Origin: Eutreptiella sp. 'Long Island Sound 2002'
Lineage: Eukaryota; Protista; Euglenida
NCBI GenBank assembly: GCA_964036045.1
Contig: OZ038378.1
Span: 158,224,001-158,288,000, forward strand
Length of the DNA: 64,000 bases
Reading direction: 5' to 3'
Positions within the stretch are counted from its first letter, which is position 1. Each line of letters opens with the position of its first letter. The notes under the pieces were generated by a model, which was given only the letters and a program-made list of their open reading frames with translations, was not told the DNA's origin and did not search any database. Position numbers and translations under genes: made by a program. This document shows, piece by piece, positions 25,501 to 36,100 of the stretch.

Positions 25501-27353
25501 CCGATGTACCTGGGCACAAACTGGACAGCCAGGCTGAAATATTCCTCCATGCACTGATCTATGGGTCGTGACTGTTGTGTACGGCACCAGAGCATCAGGG
25601 AGAGATGGGCCGATAGGTCAGCAACGCGTGCAGGGTCTGCTTTTCGGAAATTGAGATGTTTGCCCGAACCATTTTTCATGTACGAAAACTCTATTGGAAG
25701 GGAGAAGACACAACACAGCGCTCCATGATGAGACACACCAGGATACACTGCTTTGGTCAGCAGGGTCAGGGGGCCCGAAGCCTCTATGAGTATATAGTCT
25801 ATCTCAGTGCGGGCGACCTTGCCTGCACCAGTGGGTTGGAAATTGGTGGGCTCCCCACGCTCATAGGGTATGTAGAGAAAGGACCAACAGTTGCCAAAGC
25901 GAAGGCATTTGGAAACTTTGCCTGAGGACGTCGTGCTAATGACCTCGTTGAGATCTCCTGCGACGATAAATACATCACCAGGACGTCGAGGCAGCTCAGC
26001 AACTTTCCGCTGTATGACTTCCCACACATGTGTATCCTGCTTGGGCCTACGGTACACATTGCCAAGAATCATGCGGTGTCCGGACGGTCTGGATATGTAG
26101 AGGACTTGAAGATCCTCATAGCACTCTAGGGTTTTGGCTTCAGGACGGGGCTGGGGCTGTGCAGCACACTGGGGGACAAGGGAGTGGATGACCAAGATGG
26201 CCATGCCTGCTCCACGGGAGGCCACTTCATCATAATATACCTTATAGGGTGAGTCAGCGAGCTCCGCTGCCTGGAAACCTTCCCAGAGCTCTTGAAGAAA
26301 TGCAATGTCCACGGACAGTTCTGACAGGAGGGACAGGATTTGACCAGACTTTTGCGCTGCACCTCCACAGTTAAGGGTGATAACCACCAGCTCACTTACC
26401 GAGGATGAGACCTGCACAGTCTCCGGGGCAAGCTCACCTTGGTTGAGGACAAGGGGAGATGTGACCTGCAGCCGGGGTTCATCGGTAAGCGAAGGCGTAA
26501 CCACTGATGGCATCGGTGGGGTTGCATGCACAGAGCAGTCATATAATTTGCGTTGCGACACAGAGACCACCCCTTGCAGGAGGTGACTGCCACGGTACTG
26601 GTAGCATGTGCCAGCCAGCGCCTTCGTCACATTCTCTGTGTCTATTCTAGGGCAGAGCAGGGGGGGCGTACCCGCCAGCAGCGGGGCATCTTCTTGCGGG
26701 AAATGTAGGCACACGGCATCCACCAGCCTGGTCCGGTGGCACTGTGTACAGGGCCGTCCTACCAGGACTGGGCGCTGGGTGCACTGGTACAAGACTTCGT
26801 CGGGTGTGGCAAAATCACGCAGCGCCAAGCTGGGAAGGGGCCGGGGGGAATTCAACTGAGGGGGGGGCGCCTCTAGTTTGCCAATGATCCAGATGCACAG
26901 TCTTCCTTTCAAGAACATGGGGGGGGAGAAAAGAGAGCCCGACGTGAGGCGCCAAGAGTGATCGCACAACTTGGACGCCCATCGCTGCAGAATCTCCAAG
27001 GAGTAGGTGATGGAGGAGGAAGATAGCAGGGCAAGCGTCGGCGGGGGGAGGCCAAAAATGCGACCCAGCGCTTGGGCTTGCGCCCGGCTGAGCTGCGCAC
27101 CTGGGTGGTGCAGCAACTGCTGAAAGGCGTGGCTCTTGCAGGACCTGCAGATGCGTGCAGGCGCCGGCATCACATCACCGCAAGATGTACAGCTCACTAC
27201 GGCTGAAGGCTCTGTCACCTGTTGTGACCGCAGGTGGTCGACGGGAGGGCATGCAACAGGGGGGACAACTCGCTGGGCAGCGTGTATGCGCTGCAGTAGG
27301 TCATGCATGCTCGGACTCTGGCGGCCATGAGAGGAGACCACCACCAGGGACAT
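22596..27353 (-). CDS. ORF2 polyprotein (1585 aa): Zn ribbon, APE, RT, RNase H, CCHC
   Basis: Same motifs as copy 1. Visible protein differences are HVGPW/HVSPW and FTHHS/FTDHS. Confidence 0.93.
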   Translation of the reverse strand: MSLVVVSSHGRQSPSMHDLLQRIHAAQRVVPPVACPPVDHLRSQQVTEPSAVVSCTSCGDVMPAPARICRSCKSHAFQQLLHHPGAQLSRAQAQALGRIFGLPPPTLALLSSSSITYSLEILQRWASKLCDHSWRLTSGSLFSPPMFLKGRLCIWIIGKLEAPPPQLNSPRPLPSLALRDFATPDEVLYQCTQRPVLVGRPCTQCHRTRLVDAVCLHFPQEDAPLLAGTPPLLCPRIDTENVTKALAGTCYQYRGSHLLQGVVSVSQRKLYDCSVHATPPMPSVVTPSLTDEPRLQVTSPLVLNQGELAPETVQVSSSVSELVVITLNCGGAAQKSGQILSLLSELSVDIAFLQELWEGFQAAELADSPYKVYYDEVASRGAGMAILVIHSLVPQCAAQPQPRPEAKTLECYEDLQVLYISRPSGHRMILGNVYRRPKQDTHVWEVIQRKVAELPRRPGDVFIVAGDLNEVISTTSSGKVSKCLRFGNCWSFLYIPYERGEPTNFQPTGAGKVARTEIDYILIEASGPLTLLTKAVYPGVSHHGALCCVFSLPIEFSYMKNGSGKHLNFRKADPARVADLSAHLSLMLWCRTQQSRPIDQCMEEYFSLAVQFVPRYIGRVQVDESKRLRGLEYKAMLGDRCAAEQVRKWQQALRDKACRAGLGLDARDMRRTSIDSVTSKMYKIKTKNFKVVTSVSPDGVNFPTSPREFIDEARSQAQELYGLRWLVHDVHRIRTAASRARAPPQPRDDSSMQDLTLQFLASKAVPYARQIVGAVSVASEVSPQEWQWILSKHGSEATALDELPECVLQLLAPCGHATLLRWMSLLRDGHFSRYLQSAIHVCLLKKLPHWLLRNSRPIVIGPVVRRRESTLLFTKFMSRAELTGLMPPWAFAYRKELTPHHLALFLRYYLAYWALVNPSGIWCADWDESNAFCNICREMLRGYLLDDPALEHVSPWMTWYFGSFLVYLQTPFGLAPPYYMLQGGVQGDSMGVGGYLVPRMLRSWALRDEVAGPPHPCLPGVTVPEMTFSDDGRQLALSAEDMCTNLNVSADLANSSGGSVNSGKLKVYHVVLQSGRLQYAKGSLSCTLGTIEHDVSGLHTVGIPCVMHEPVHTILAAAKDQMIRVIAKIKWKKPSCILALRVVMAYAVSGVDYRLSLVPVDQCLLSPLQIQVHQAARSALSLPCWFPSKLISMPFESFGMGFPSLHLRLVLQRVYHTVLAAQSRSIYTRALVQGLLYDPVWSQLQDADPLIFQRDCERFGLFFSVRPAADLRESEIQGAWHRKDLHPPLTVVSDGAAKGQAVGFAVVIVDDLGVAGAFWGAMAVDDPSSWVAEWLGKALGVSKVLDAGYQSALLLGDNLSAAINDGLRKQTRSHYVNCIMRYLLRVFTDHSFDEGYTPSQHTTGWAHFVADAQQRAHDLASVKAARPPPLAIPLLSLLSPSALLFRHGRLCVSPVDSLSAIYETEVVPPPLRRPRDQQVSDWSQQVADLALDTNEIRACMWIRSAPYISSPPGSYCPFCELPVSAWADHFESTCLPLWVAVTTAFRSVLCHVLTDDWRVEVHSVHSATISRRGVAVPVRVSQEGC

Positions 27354-27410
27354 CGACAGGACTGTGGTAAGAGGAGGCAGAACATCAGCCGACGGTATGC
27401 AGGGGGGTAG

Positions 27411-29780
27411 TCACATGTTCCCATGGCCGCGATAGACAGCTTGAGAACCATGGTAGGCGGATGATGTCTCCCAGGAGCCTGCAGCTGGCAGGGAGGACTC
27501 ACGGTCACGATCTCCAAAGCGCGGGACATATCGAGGGTCGCGATGCGTGGGTCGCAGCTCCGCAGGCCGGGGTGGGCTAGGTGACCCTCGGGGACTCAGG
27601 TCCCTGTCCACGTCCCGGTAACTCGCCCGCCTGTCCTGCAGTGATGGCGGCAGGTCAGAGTAGCTGGAGTGACGGGCGTCAGAGAGGCGTCCGGGGGACG
27701 GGGAGCGCGCTGCATATGGAGGGGGGGGGCCATCCGTTGGCGGCCGCCGAGAGGGTGCTCTATGGCGCTTGGTAGGGCGCTCATCAAAGCGATGCTCATC
27801 CGGGGCCCTCTTGCTTGATGGAGGAGGGCGTAGGCTGTCTCCCCACTGCTTGCAGACACACTGCGTGGGGGGCGTCCATGGTCGGACAGGCGACCCATCC
27901 GGGTGGCAGGCACTCAAAGATGCCGTGAGATGGGGGGCCATGACGATTACGACGGACCCATCCATCCCAAGGCGCTGCCGCCAGGCCTGGGTGGGAATCA
28001 GCAGGCTACAGAACTTGACTGAGACGCCTCGCTGCATGAGGCCGGCTGGGGAATGAGGGCCGTGGACCGCACATTGAAAGAAGGCAGACGCTGCAGACAC
28101 AAAGGCTGGCCACGGTAACCCGTCTGCATTGGGGCTCAGGGTCATGCGCACCGCCGTGAGCGAGGCAGGGTCTGCCGGATATGGCTGGCTGGCCGGCAGC
28201 GATGTTGGGCCTGGAGAGACAGAGGGCACAGTGTGGATACCCAGCTGGCTAAGGACTGACGCCGTCCAGTTGGGAGCCGCACCATGCTTGCATCGATTGC
28301 TTACCGCCGTTTGAAGAGCTTTCAGAACAGACAGATGTCGCACATCCCCGACGAACTCAGCAATCGCTACCGCTAGGGTCGCAAAATCCTTGACGGACTC
28401 CAGATGGAACACTGGTATATCTTGCTCTTCCAGGGCTGCTATGTCGACCGCTATTTGGCACGCCAACGAACGCCACTTCGTGTCGGCATCAGTATTGCCT
28501 TGGATCTGTTTGAGGATGGCGAGGGTTGTCTGGCTTTTAACGGAGTCGGTGATGACAATGAGCTCTGATTCGTTGAGGTACCTGACCCAGGACATGAGGG
28601 CACACTTGATTCGTACTTGATCATTACCACTGGGCCACGAGAAGCTGGTGAGGCATGTTGAGAGCGATGGACCATCCCCCACTCGAAGAAGCTGCTGGCC
28701 CAACTTGTGCGTCGCCGGGTACGGGGATAGGAGCGTGTTGAGGTGCTCCACGGCCTTTTTCACGTACTCCGACGGGACATCGCTGGACGCCTCTGCAACC
28801 TTCAGCAAGATCTGCGGCATTGTCAGCTTGGAGGCCGTCTCAGACGGGAGGGCTATGCCGGCTGACAGCTCACCAGAGGGCTTGGCAGCGAGGTCCTCAC
28901 TGGCTCCAGCAGTCGACGGTCCTGCTGAACTCTGGCCTGAGGCAGACGAGAGAGATGCGGGAATGTCACGTGGCAGGAGGCCAGAGCTGTTGGGCCATGC
29001 ATCCCGGATTGCACGCTCCAGAACTTTTTCGCCGACTCCCCCAGCAGGCCCTGATTGCTCTGTGGCTTTGGGCTCCCATGAAAGCTTCTTTTTGTGCTGT
29101 TTGGCCACCCACTTATAGACTGAGACGCGGAACCAGAATAGGGACAGCACCACCTTCCCTTTGGATAGGGGGGTGACATCCCCGTTGACCATGTCAGAGA
29201 AGTGGTTGGGGTCAGTCGTCAGCAATGTGCGGACTGCATCCGCCACCTCAGGAACGGGGATGCCACTGATGACCTCTGCGTGCAGAATGCTACGGGTCGC
29301 CCCAGACACAGAGGGCAGATTGTCCCGGAGATAAGCAACCGCCTCCAGCCATGTGCCCCAATACCATGTCGGCAGGTCGCGGTTGAGGAACGCAATATCC
29401 ACTGCCGGAAGCTTTCCCAAGATGACGCTCCATAGAAGGGGGAATGATCGGGCCCATGCTGACGTTAGAGGCACCCCCGATACTTCTGTTTTGTCCTGCT
29501 TGATGGCGGTCAGTTTCAGCACACCATCACGATCCTCTATCCTGGGGATGTACACAACTTGCTCAGGCTGGAGATGCAGGGCCGCTTGGCTCATTGACAT
29601 GACTGCGGTGGTCTGCAGACCGGCAAACACAGGGACGGAGAATGAAGGGAGAGCTGGCACAAGACCTGCAACAGCAGCACTGTGACAAGGAGCACGATGA
29701 AGGGCAGATGCCACCACGGAAGATGACGACGTCACACCGCTGGCTGGCGACTGGCATCGTACCAGACATCTGTGTAGCAA
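27411..29780 (-). CDS. ORF1 protein of unknown fold (open frame 789 codons; first ATG at 29600 gives 729 aa), with an Arg/Ser/Asp/Pro-rich C-terminus
   Basis: Long open frame in the ORF1 position upstream of ORF2. No gag CCHC knuckle or RRM was recognised by eye. Confidence 0.8.
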   Translation of the reverse strand: MLHRCLVRCQSPASGVTSSSSVVASALHRAPCHSAAVAGLVPALPSFSVPVFAGLQTTAVMSMSQAALHLQPEQVVYIPRIEDRDGVLKLTAIKQDKTEVSGVPLTSAWARSFPLLWSVILGKLPAVDIAFLNRDLPTWYWGTWLEAVAYLRDNLPSVSGATRSILHAEVISGIPVPEVADAVRTLLTTDPNHFSDMVNGDVTPLSKGKVVLSLFWFRVSVYKWVAKQHKKKLSWEPKATEQSGPAGGVGEKVLERAIRDAWPNSSGLLPRDIPASLSSASGQSSAGPSTAGASEDLAAKPSGELSAGIALPSETASKLTMPQILLKVAEASSDVPSEYVKKAVEHLNTLLSPYPATHKLGQQLLRVGDGPSLSTCLTSFSWPSGNDQVRIKCALMSWVRYLNESELIVITDSVKSQTTLAILKQIQGNTDADTKWRSLACQIAVDIAALEEQDIPVFHLESVKDFATLAVAIAEFVGDVRHLSVLKALQTAVSNRCKHGAAPNWTASVLSQLGIHTVPSVSPGPTSLPASQPYPADPASLTAVRMTLSPNADGLPWPAFVSAASAFFQCAVHGPHSPAGLMQRGVSVKFCSLLIPTQAWRQRLGMDGSVVIVMAPHLTASLSACHPDGSPVRPWTPPTQCVCKQWGDSLRPPPSSKRAPDEHRFDERPTKRHRAPSRRPPTDGPPPPYAARSPSPGRLSDARHSSYSDLPPSLQDRRASYRDVDRDLSPRGSPSPPRPAELRPTHRDPRYVPRFGDRDRESSLPAAGSWETSSAYHGSQAVYRGHGNM

Positions 29781-30348
29781 GCAGAAGCGCAGTGCAAGAG
29801 CGCTGCAGTGCAGGGGAAGTTCACAGTACAGTTATCAGTCCCTGCAGCCCCCGTTCTCGGTGCTGGGATACGATTCACGACCCTGCAAGTGCAGCAACGA
29901 TGCAGCGGAGTGCGTGTGGGGGGGGGGGGGGGGTTTGGCTGTAGCTGTTGTTCTGTTGCGCTGGTGGCCCCTGTTCCACCCTTCCCGTTTTCTGTCGCGC
30001 TATGTGTAGTGCGAGAAAAAGAACTCAGGGAGCCTGTTGACGGCGGCCCAAAAACGGTCATGTGGTGCAGTGAGCCAGCTGGGGACAGGTGGCACTGCCA
30101 ACTGGGCCCTGGGACCGTGAGTAGATCCCCCGGATGGGCCATTGGCTGGACGGGGCAGTGCAGCCCAGCACCTCAGCCGTGGGCGGTCTGCCCTGTGGAA
30201 GGGGGGGGGGGTCGGGGTTGCATTTCACCCTGGACCGGCTCAGGGCTTATGCACGACACCGTTAGCACCCCCGCCGCAGGCGGGAGCCCAGGCCCTGTCG
30301 TTCGGGGCTCCGCACCTGGTCACCATCCCGTTGTGGGTGGCTAGCTCG

Positions 30349-30498
<150 letters not shown>

Positions 30499-33137
30499 AT
30501 GGGGCGTAAAGGGCCCGATCAGTCCCAGACTCTTCCAAACCGCTTCCCGCTGTGCGATCTTCTGTTGCCGTGCCGGTGATTGGATTTCTTTGTCGACGGC
30601 GCCCGAAACGTGTTCCGAAGACTGCGTTGCTTGTTCCCATGCCGCACGAGGCAATAGAGCCGCCTGGGCCAAATCCCCCAGCCCCAAAAAAGCAGGGCTC
30701 CATTGACTGAACCCCCTTCAAGCCCCTTGGGGAGTTGCAGACAAAATGCAGTTGGGGGGGGGGGGGGCTTTGGGTTCCATACACGGGCCCAGTTACAAAC
30801 GGTGGCTGGGTTTGGCCCACAGAAAAGGAATGTACGTATAGGGAGTGTGCCATTGTGTCATGGTGACAATGCCAGGTCCCAATCCCCACAGGAGTCAGTT
30901 GCTGTGGTCCCGGCCAATGCCGCAGCAAGAGCGACACCCTGCGCCCCGCCCCCCGCCCCTTTGCCCCCCCCCCCCCCCCCCCCTCGTCTACGCGGGCTGT
31001 AGCGCTGCAGTCTGTGCAGTTAGCACCGGCGGCACCCGGGGCAGGGAAGCACTCTGTGCGCCCTGGGGCCCCGCCACCTGCCCGGGGTACGCCCTCAGCC
31101 GTGGGGAGCCAGACCCAGCCCACGTGGCAGCACCACCTGTGCCGAAGGCAGTCAAGGAGTGCGGGTCTGACCCTGGTCGTGCCACGTACCACCGCCTTCT
31201 CGTGCCGGCAGGCAGTCGTGGAGCGGTTGGGTAGCTTGTCCTCGTGACGTGGAGGTTGCGAGCCGAGGCCCACATCTCCCCCGGCGGGCTCAGCGTCAGG
31301 CTCTCCAGCCTCCCTGCCGGGGCCTGGAGCACCAGGCACACACTTCCCCGCGCTACGTGCGCCGACGCTGACCAACAGTGGAGCAAGCCGGTGTGCCACA
31401 GCCCCCCCCCCCCCCCCACTTGCCCCCAGACACACAAGGGCACACAGACACACAGGCACGGCGGCATCTCCCGCCCGCGAGCGCCACCGCGGGGTCTGGG
31501 GGCGGTCAACTCCCGGCAGGCCTTGTGACCGGACCCCTGGGTACACCCGCCCAGTTGGGTCCCGCAGGGAAGGCGGCACAGACCGTGGGTTGGCGACCAG
31601 GTGAGGCCTTGACCCAACCCAACCCAACCCAACCCACCCCTTTGCTCCATCCCCAGGCTCGGGCCACGCGGCGACTGACGGCATCGACCGCATGGCGGCG
31701 CCGCGGCCGGGGGCTGCTGCGAGGCTCAGCATAGCCGCGCCATGCGCCTTGCGCCACACCCTCGCCTGGCGGCCCCTGCGCACAGCCCTCACTGGCGCCC
31801 TGCACAAGATACGCGCAACACGGGGCGGCTCTTGGCCGTCCTTCAGCAGTTCTGTGTGGCAGCTGCCAACGTTCGACACGCACAGCGGGGGGTGCCACAG
31901 CACTGTGGGGTCACTGGTATGGGGCGTGTGGGTGGCCACAAAGCAACGGATACAGAGCTCGCATATGCCCCCGTGTCACAGGCATATGGTCATCGCCACA
32001 AACTTCAGTTCATTGTTTGACCTGGTGCTTTGCAGTACCCCTCAAACGTGGGCCGAATATTGCCTTGAGCTCACCGCAGTCAGCGGCTATCGAATGTTTC
32101 TTGGCCCGTTTGGGTAAAGCCTACAAGCCTACACCCCCCATTGGGCCGGTTGGACTTGCATCACAGTATTTCTGTATTCTTGGCCACTGATTTCTGTGGA
32201 GAAGTCCGACTCAGATCCCTCCGTGGGGGGTGGGGCTTGCATCACATCACTCTTGGCAGTTATGGATCGCGCCCAAGTGGAGCGCGGGACAGGGAAGCTT
32301 GGGCCAGACTGGGCCACCCCCCTTTCCCCAGCAGGGGGGGGGGGGGTGGCCAGGTGCCACAGCATTGTGGCGTCATTGGTATGGGGCGTGTGTGTTGGGG
32401 GGGGGGGGGTTAACTCTGCCGCATACTGCTGCTGCCATATTTGTGTATATGGCGAAGAACAAAGGAAGGACCAAATCCACCTCCACAGAGCAAGAGAGAA
32501 CCCCTGGGGCGTGCAGACGTGTGTATTCTGTACGATGCAAGTTGAAGGCACCGGACCGGCAGGAATACGCCCCTCGCAGGCACACGGCCCAAGCAGCCCG
32601 AGCCCTGGCTCAGCTGCTGCATGACACCGTACGTCGGGTCTCATGCCGTACTCCGCCCCGTGGCGGTCATTTCAAGGGATATATGTTGGGGTAGTCGGCT
32701 AGAGCCGGACCATTTGTGACCCCCAGGGTTTACCTGTGGTTCGTCGCACGGCAGCAAAACGCTGGTTCGCCGCTGCTCATCGTTGTTCGTCGTTGTTTTT
32801 GGTGCCACAAACGGACCCTGCGGAGCATTTGGTGGTCCAAAATTATCTTGGTTTGAAAGCAAACAAGCACATGTAGCCACACACTGTGCAGGGTGGCTCA
32901 TTGCTTCCCAAACCGTGACACGGGAACAAAAAAAACTTGGACATGGCGATCTTGGGCCGCCACCCAGCCTTGCCCGCAGGGGGGCACACTGGTCTGACCC
33001 CCCCCAAAACCGTCGTCACCGTCCTCAGCCCCGCGGGTTTCATGACTGATTCGCGGTCCCGGTCGCATCGAACCTCCGCCCCCCTCCTCCACGACACGCC
33101 CCCGGCACTGTCCACTGCCCGGGCCCTGCCTCGCGCG

Positions 33138-36100
33138 TCAGTCCGACTCGGGCTCGTCCAGATCGGCGCGGGGGTTCGCGGGGTCTAACACTATCTCACG
33201 GATGCGGTGGGCCTCCGCTTGCAGTCGCGCGCGCCCGGCCCGGCGCCGGGCCACGAGGGCCCGGATGGCGCGGGCGCTGGTCAGCACCCGCGACGACAGG
33301 CGCCGGTCGGGCAGCCCCTCCGACGCCGCGTCGTCCTCGAGGCAGAAGGGGTCGTCCCGCGCCCACGCCCCAGCCCCGCCCCAGGGCAAGCCCCCGGGCC
33401 TTCCGGAGTGCACGGACTCCTCCGGCGTGTGGCAGGGCGTGGGCGCGTCCAGGTCCTCCGAGTCGGTCCAGAAGAGCAGGTCGCTGAGGAGGAGGTCCTC
33501 GGTGGTGTCGTCGTGCAGCCGCGCGCGCTCCTTCAGCGCCAGGCGCTGGAGGCCGTAGCGGTACCGCAGCCGGTCCACTTTGATCGGCCGGAAGGCTTTC
33601 CAGGAGCGGTCGAGGTTCAGCGCGAGGATGGCGTGGGTGACGGTGAAGAAGAAGCGGGTGGGCAGGCGCGACCCGGGGTCCACCAGCTGCTGCAGCAGGC
33701 GGTGCTCGATGTAGCCGACGCTGCAGATGGTGGAGATCAGCGCGGCGACCCCCTCCCAATACATAAACTTGCAGTTGCGATTGATTGGCCACAGAATCAC
33801 GGGGAATCGAATCGTCTCCAAGAAGCCGGGCTCGGGGCGATACTCGGACAGGCCTGCGTGGAGAGGCCCTTTCGAATACGTGTCCTGCGACGCCCGGATG
33901 TACTGCCACAGGAGCATTGCCGACTTGGGGGCCACTTCTCCGGTGGCGGTTGGGTCCAAGCGGGACCACGCGTGGGTGTACTTGTGCAGGTCTTCCATAC
34001 TGAGCCCGGACTCCGTTTCGGCGTCGAGACTGAGCTGCGCAACGAAGTCAAACACGGTGGCAGTCAACAGTGAAAACAGAACGAACGAAAACATTGGGGC
34101 AACGGGCACGATCCAGTGTGAGCCCGCGGCGGGGCACGTGGTGCCATCGGTGCAGAACGGAGGCTGCATCTGGGCAAGCGCCATAACATAGACCCAGAAT
34201 TCGCCGCCGGCCATCTGGCTGACAGCACGAATCCCTTTGTAGAAGTTCTGGAAATTTGTGTGGTTGGTCAAGACGACCCCGTCGATCTCTAGGTCTTCAA
34301 ACAGCGGCACCGCGATGGTCGAGTACGAGGCAACAAAAATGCCGAAAATCAGAAAAATGGCGATGAGCTGGGGGATCAGGTGGTCCAGCACCTGCAGCAC
34401 GTAGTAGGGCCGCATGCGGAAGAATGGCAGGCCAACGGGGTTGTCTGTGCAGAAGCGTATTGTTACGTTGATGAGGTGCAGGAGCCAAGAGAGGCGGATG
34501 AACCCGTAGGGGTACTGCTTCGCAACACCAGCCCAGTGCAAGACACAGCCCACAACGTCCGCGATCAAGGCACAGAATTGGAAGACGTACAGGCCAACGG
34601 AGAAATAGGCTTTGCCCAGTGCACTGGTTCTGAGATAGAAATCAAACAACCACACAACGACGACGAACTGTCCCGTGACGCTCTGAAACGTGCCCAGCCA
34701 GTCCGGTTGCCTCCAATGCATCGAGCATAGCACCCCGAAGTAGAACGTCTCGATCAAGCAGAGGAAAACAGCATAGGGTTTGCCCCAGGCAATCAACGTC
34801 AGCCGCAGCCGCAGCTTAAAAAGCATCCGCATGAAGCGATTGGAGGGCGGCTCTGCTTGCTTTAGGCGGTTCGAAAGGGACGGTTGGGGGCGTTGGCGAA
34901 TAAATCGCAGGACGTTCAGAACGTAAGTCAACCACGTTTGATAGCGCATGTTCAGGGCCTCGAAAGCAGGCACCGCCAAGTGGACCGAGGACATGGAATA
35001 GGCGACTACGGCGAGAAACCACATCTTCAAAATGTAGGACCCGACGATGATATATGCGATGAAGAAGAGGAAATTGACCTCAGAAGAGTCTCTATTTAGG
35101 CACTCGCCAATGCCCTGAACGTCCATCCCAGCGTACAAAAGGTCTGTCCACTGCGCCCACAAGAAGAGCCGCAACAGTGACACAGAGGCCATATACATGT
35201 CGTCGAAGGTGGTGATTGTCTGTGACCACACCTGCAAAGTTCCTCCGGTGGTGTTGTAAGGGGGGGCCTCGCATAGGGTTTGGTTGCAGTAGTGCAATGA
35301 GTCCGACACGACGGTGCAGTCCGTCTGGTAATAGTCCCCATTCGCATCGGGGGGGCAGCGTAGGCACATGTTGAAGCGGCCGGCAAACAGGCGGATCCCA
35401 ATCAATGCGAAGGCCAGGGACACGCAGACGATGAGGCCGAAGGCGGTGCAGACGGTCCCGTACACGCGGTTGCTGCCGAACAGGACGGTGTGGACCCGCC
35501 TCCCGGGCATGTAGAGCCGGACCAGGTGGAACAACCGCAGCCAGATCGCAAAGTTCAGTGCGGGCAGCCACAGGCCCCCAAGGGCCAGGCCGAACACAAT
35601 GACGTCGAAGATGTTCCAGGCGAAGCGGAGGTACCTCCGGGGCCCAAGCACGTAGATCTTGAGGCCAATCTCGATGCCGGACACGGCGAGGCAGACGCTG
35701 AGAAAGACTTCGGCGACCGTAAGGACCGTGTCGTCCTGCCGGCTGTTGACCAGCGTCGTCCAGAAACACTGCAAGACAATGAAGCCGTTGACAATGGCCT
35801 GGAAGACATTGCCCACAACAAACTCCGCCAGCCCCTTCTGGATATCGCTGCGCGGCTGCGGGCAGTCCACCTTCGATCTCATGGGGGGGCGTGGGCCGAT
35901 GGGATCGATGACGGGGGCGAAGGTCACAAGCTCACGCTCGCACTCGGGATCAGACGCGTTCTCGTACTCGAATTTCCCGTGCAGGAGTCTGGCCAGCGCC
36001 TTTGCGCGGGGGTCGCGGCTCGAGTACTCACTGAAGACGTTCTGCTCCGTGATCACTTCCTCCATCGTCGCCTGGAAGTGCCGGACCTGCACCGCGAAGA

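Noticed and set aside
30495-30665. Possible small exon or another CA-adjacent element next to copy 2
   Set aside because: The open frames are unrecognisable, and there is no tandem tail or ACGTC box.
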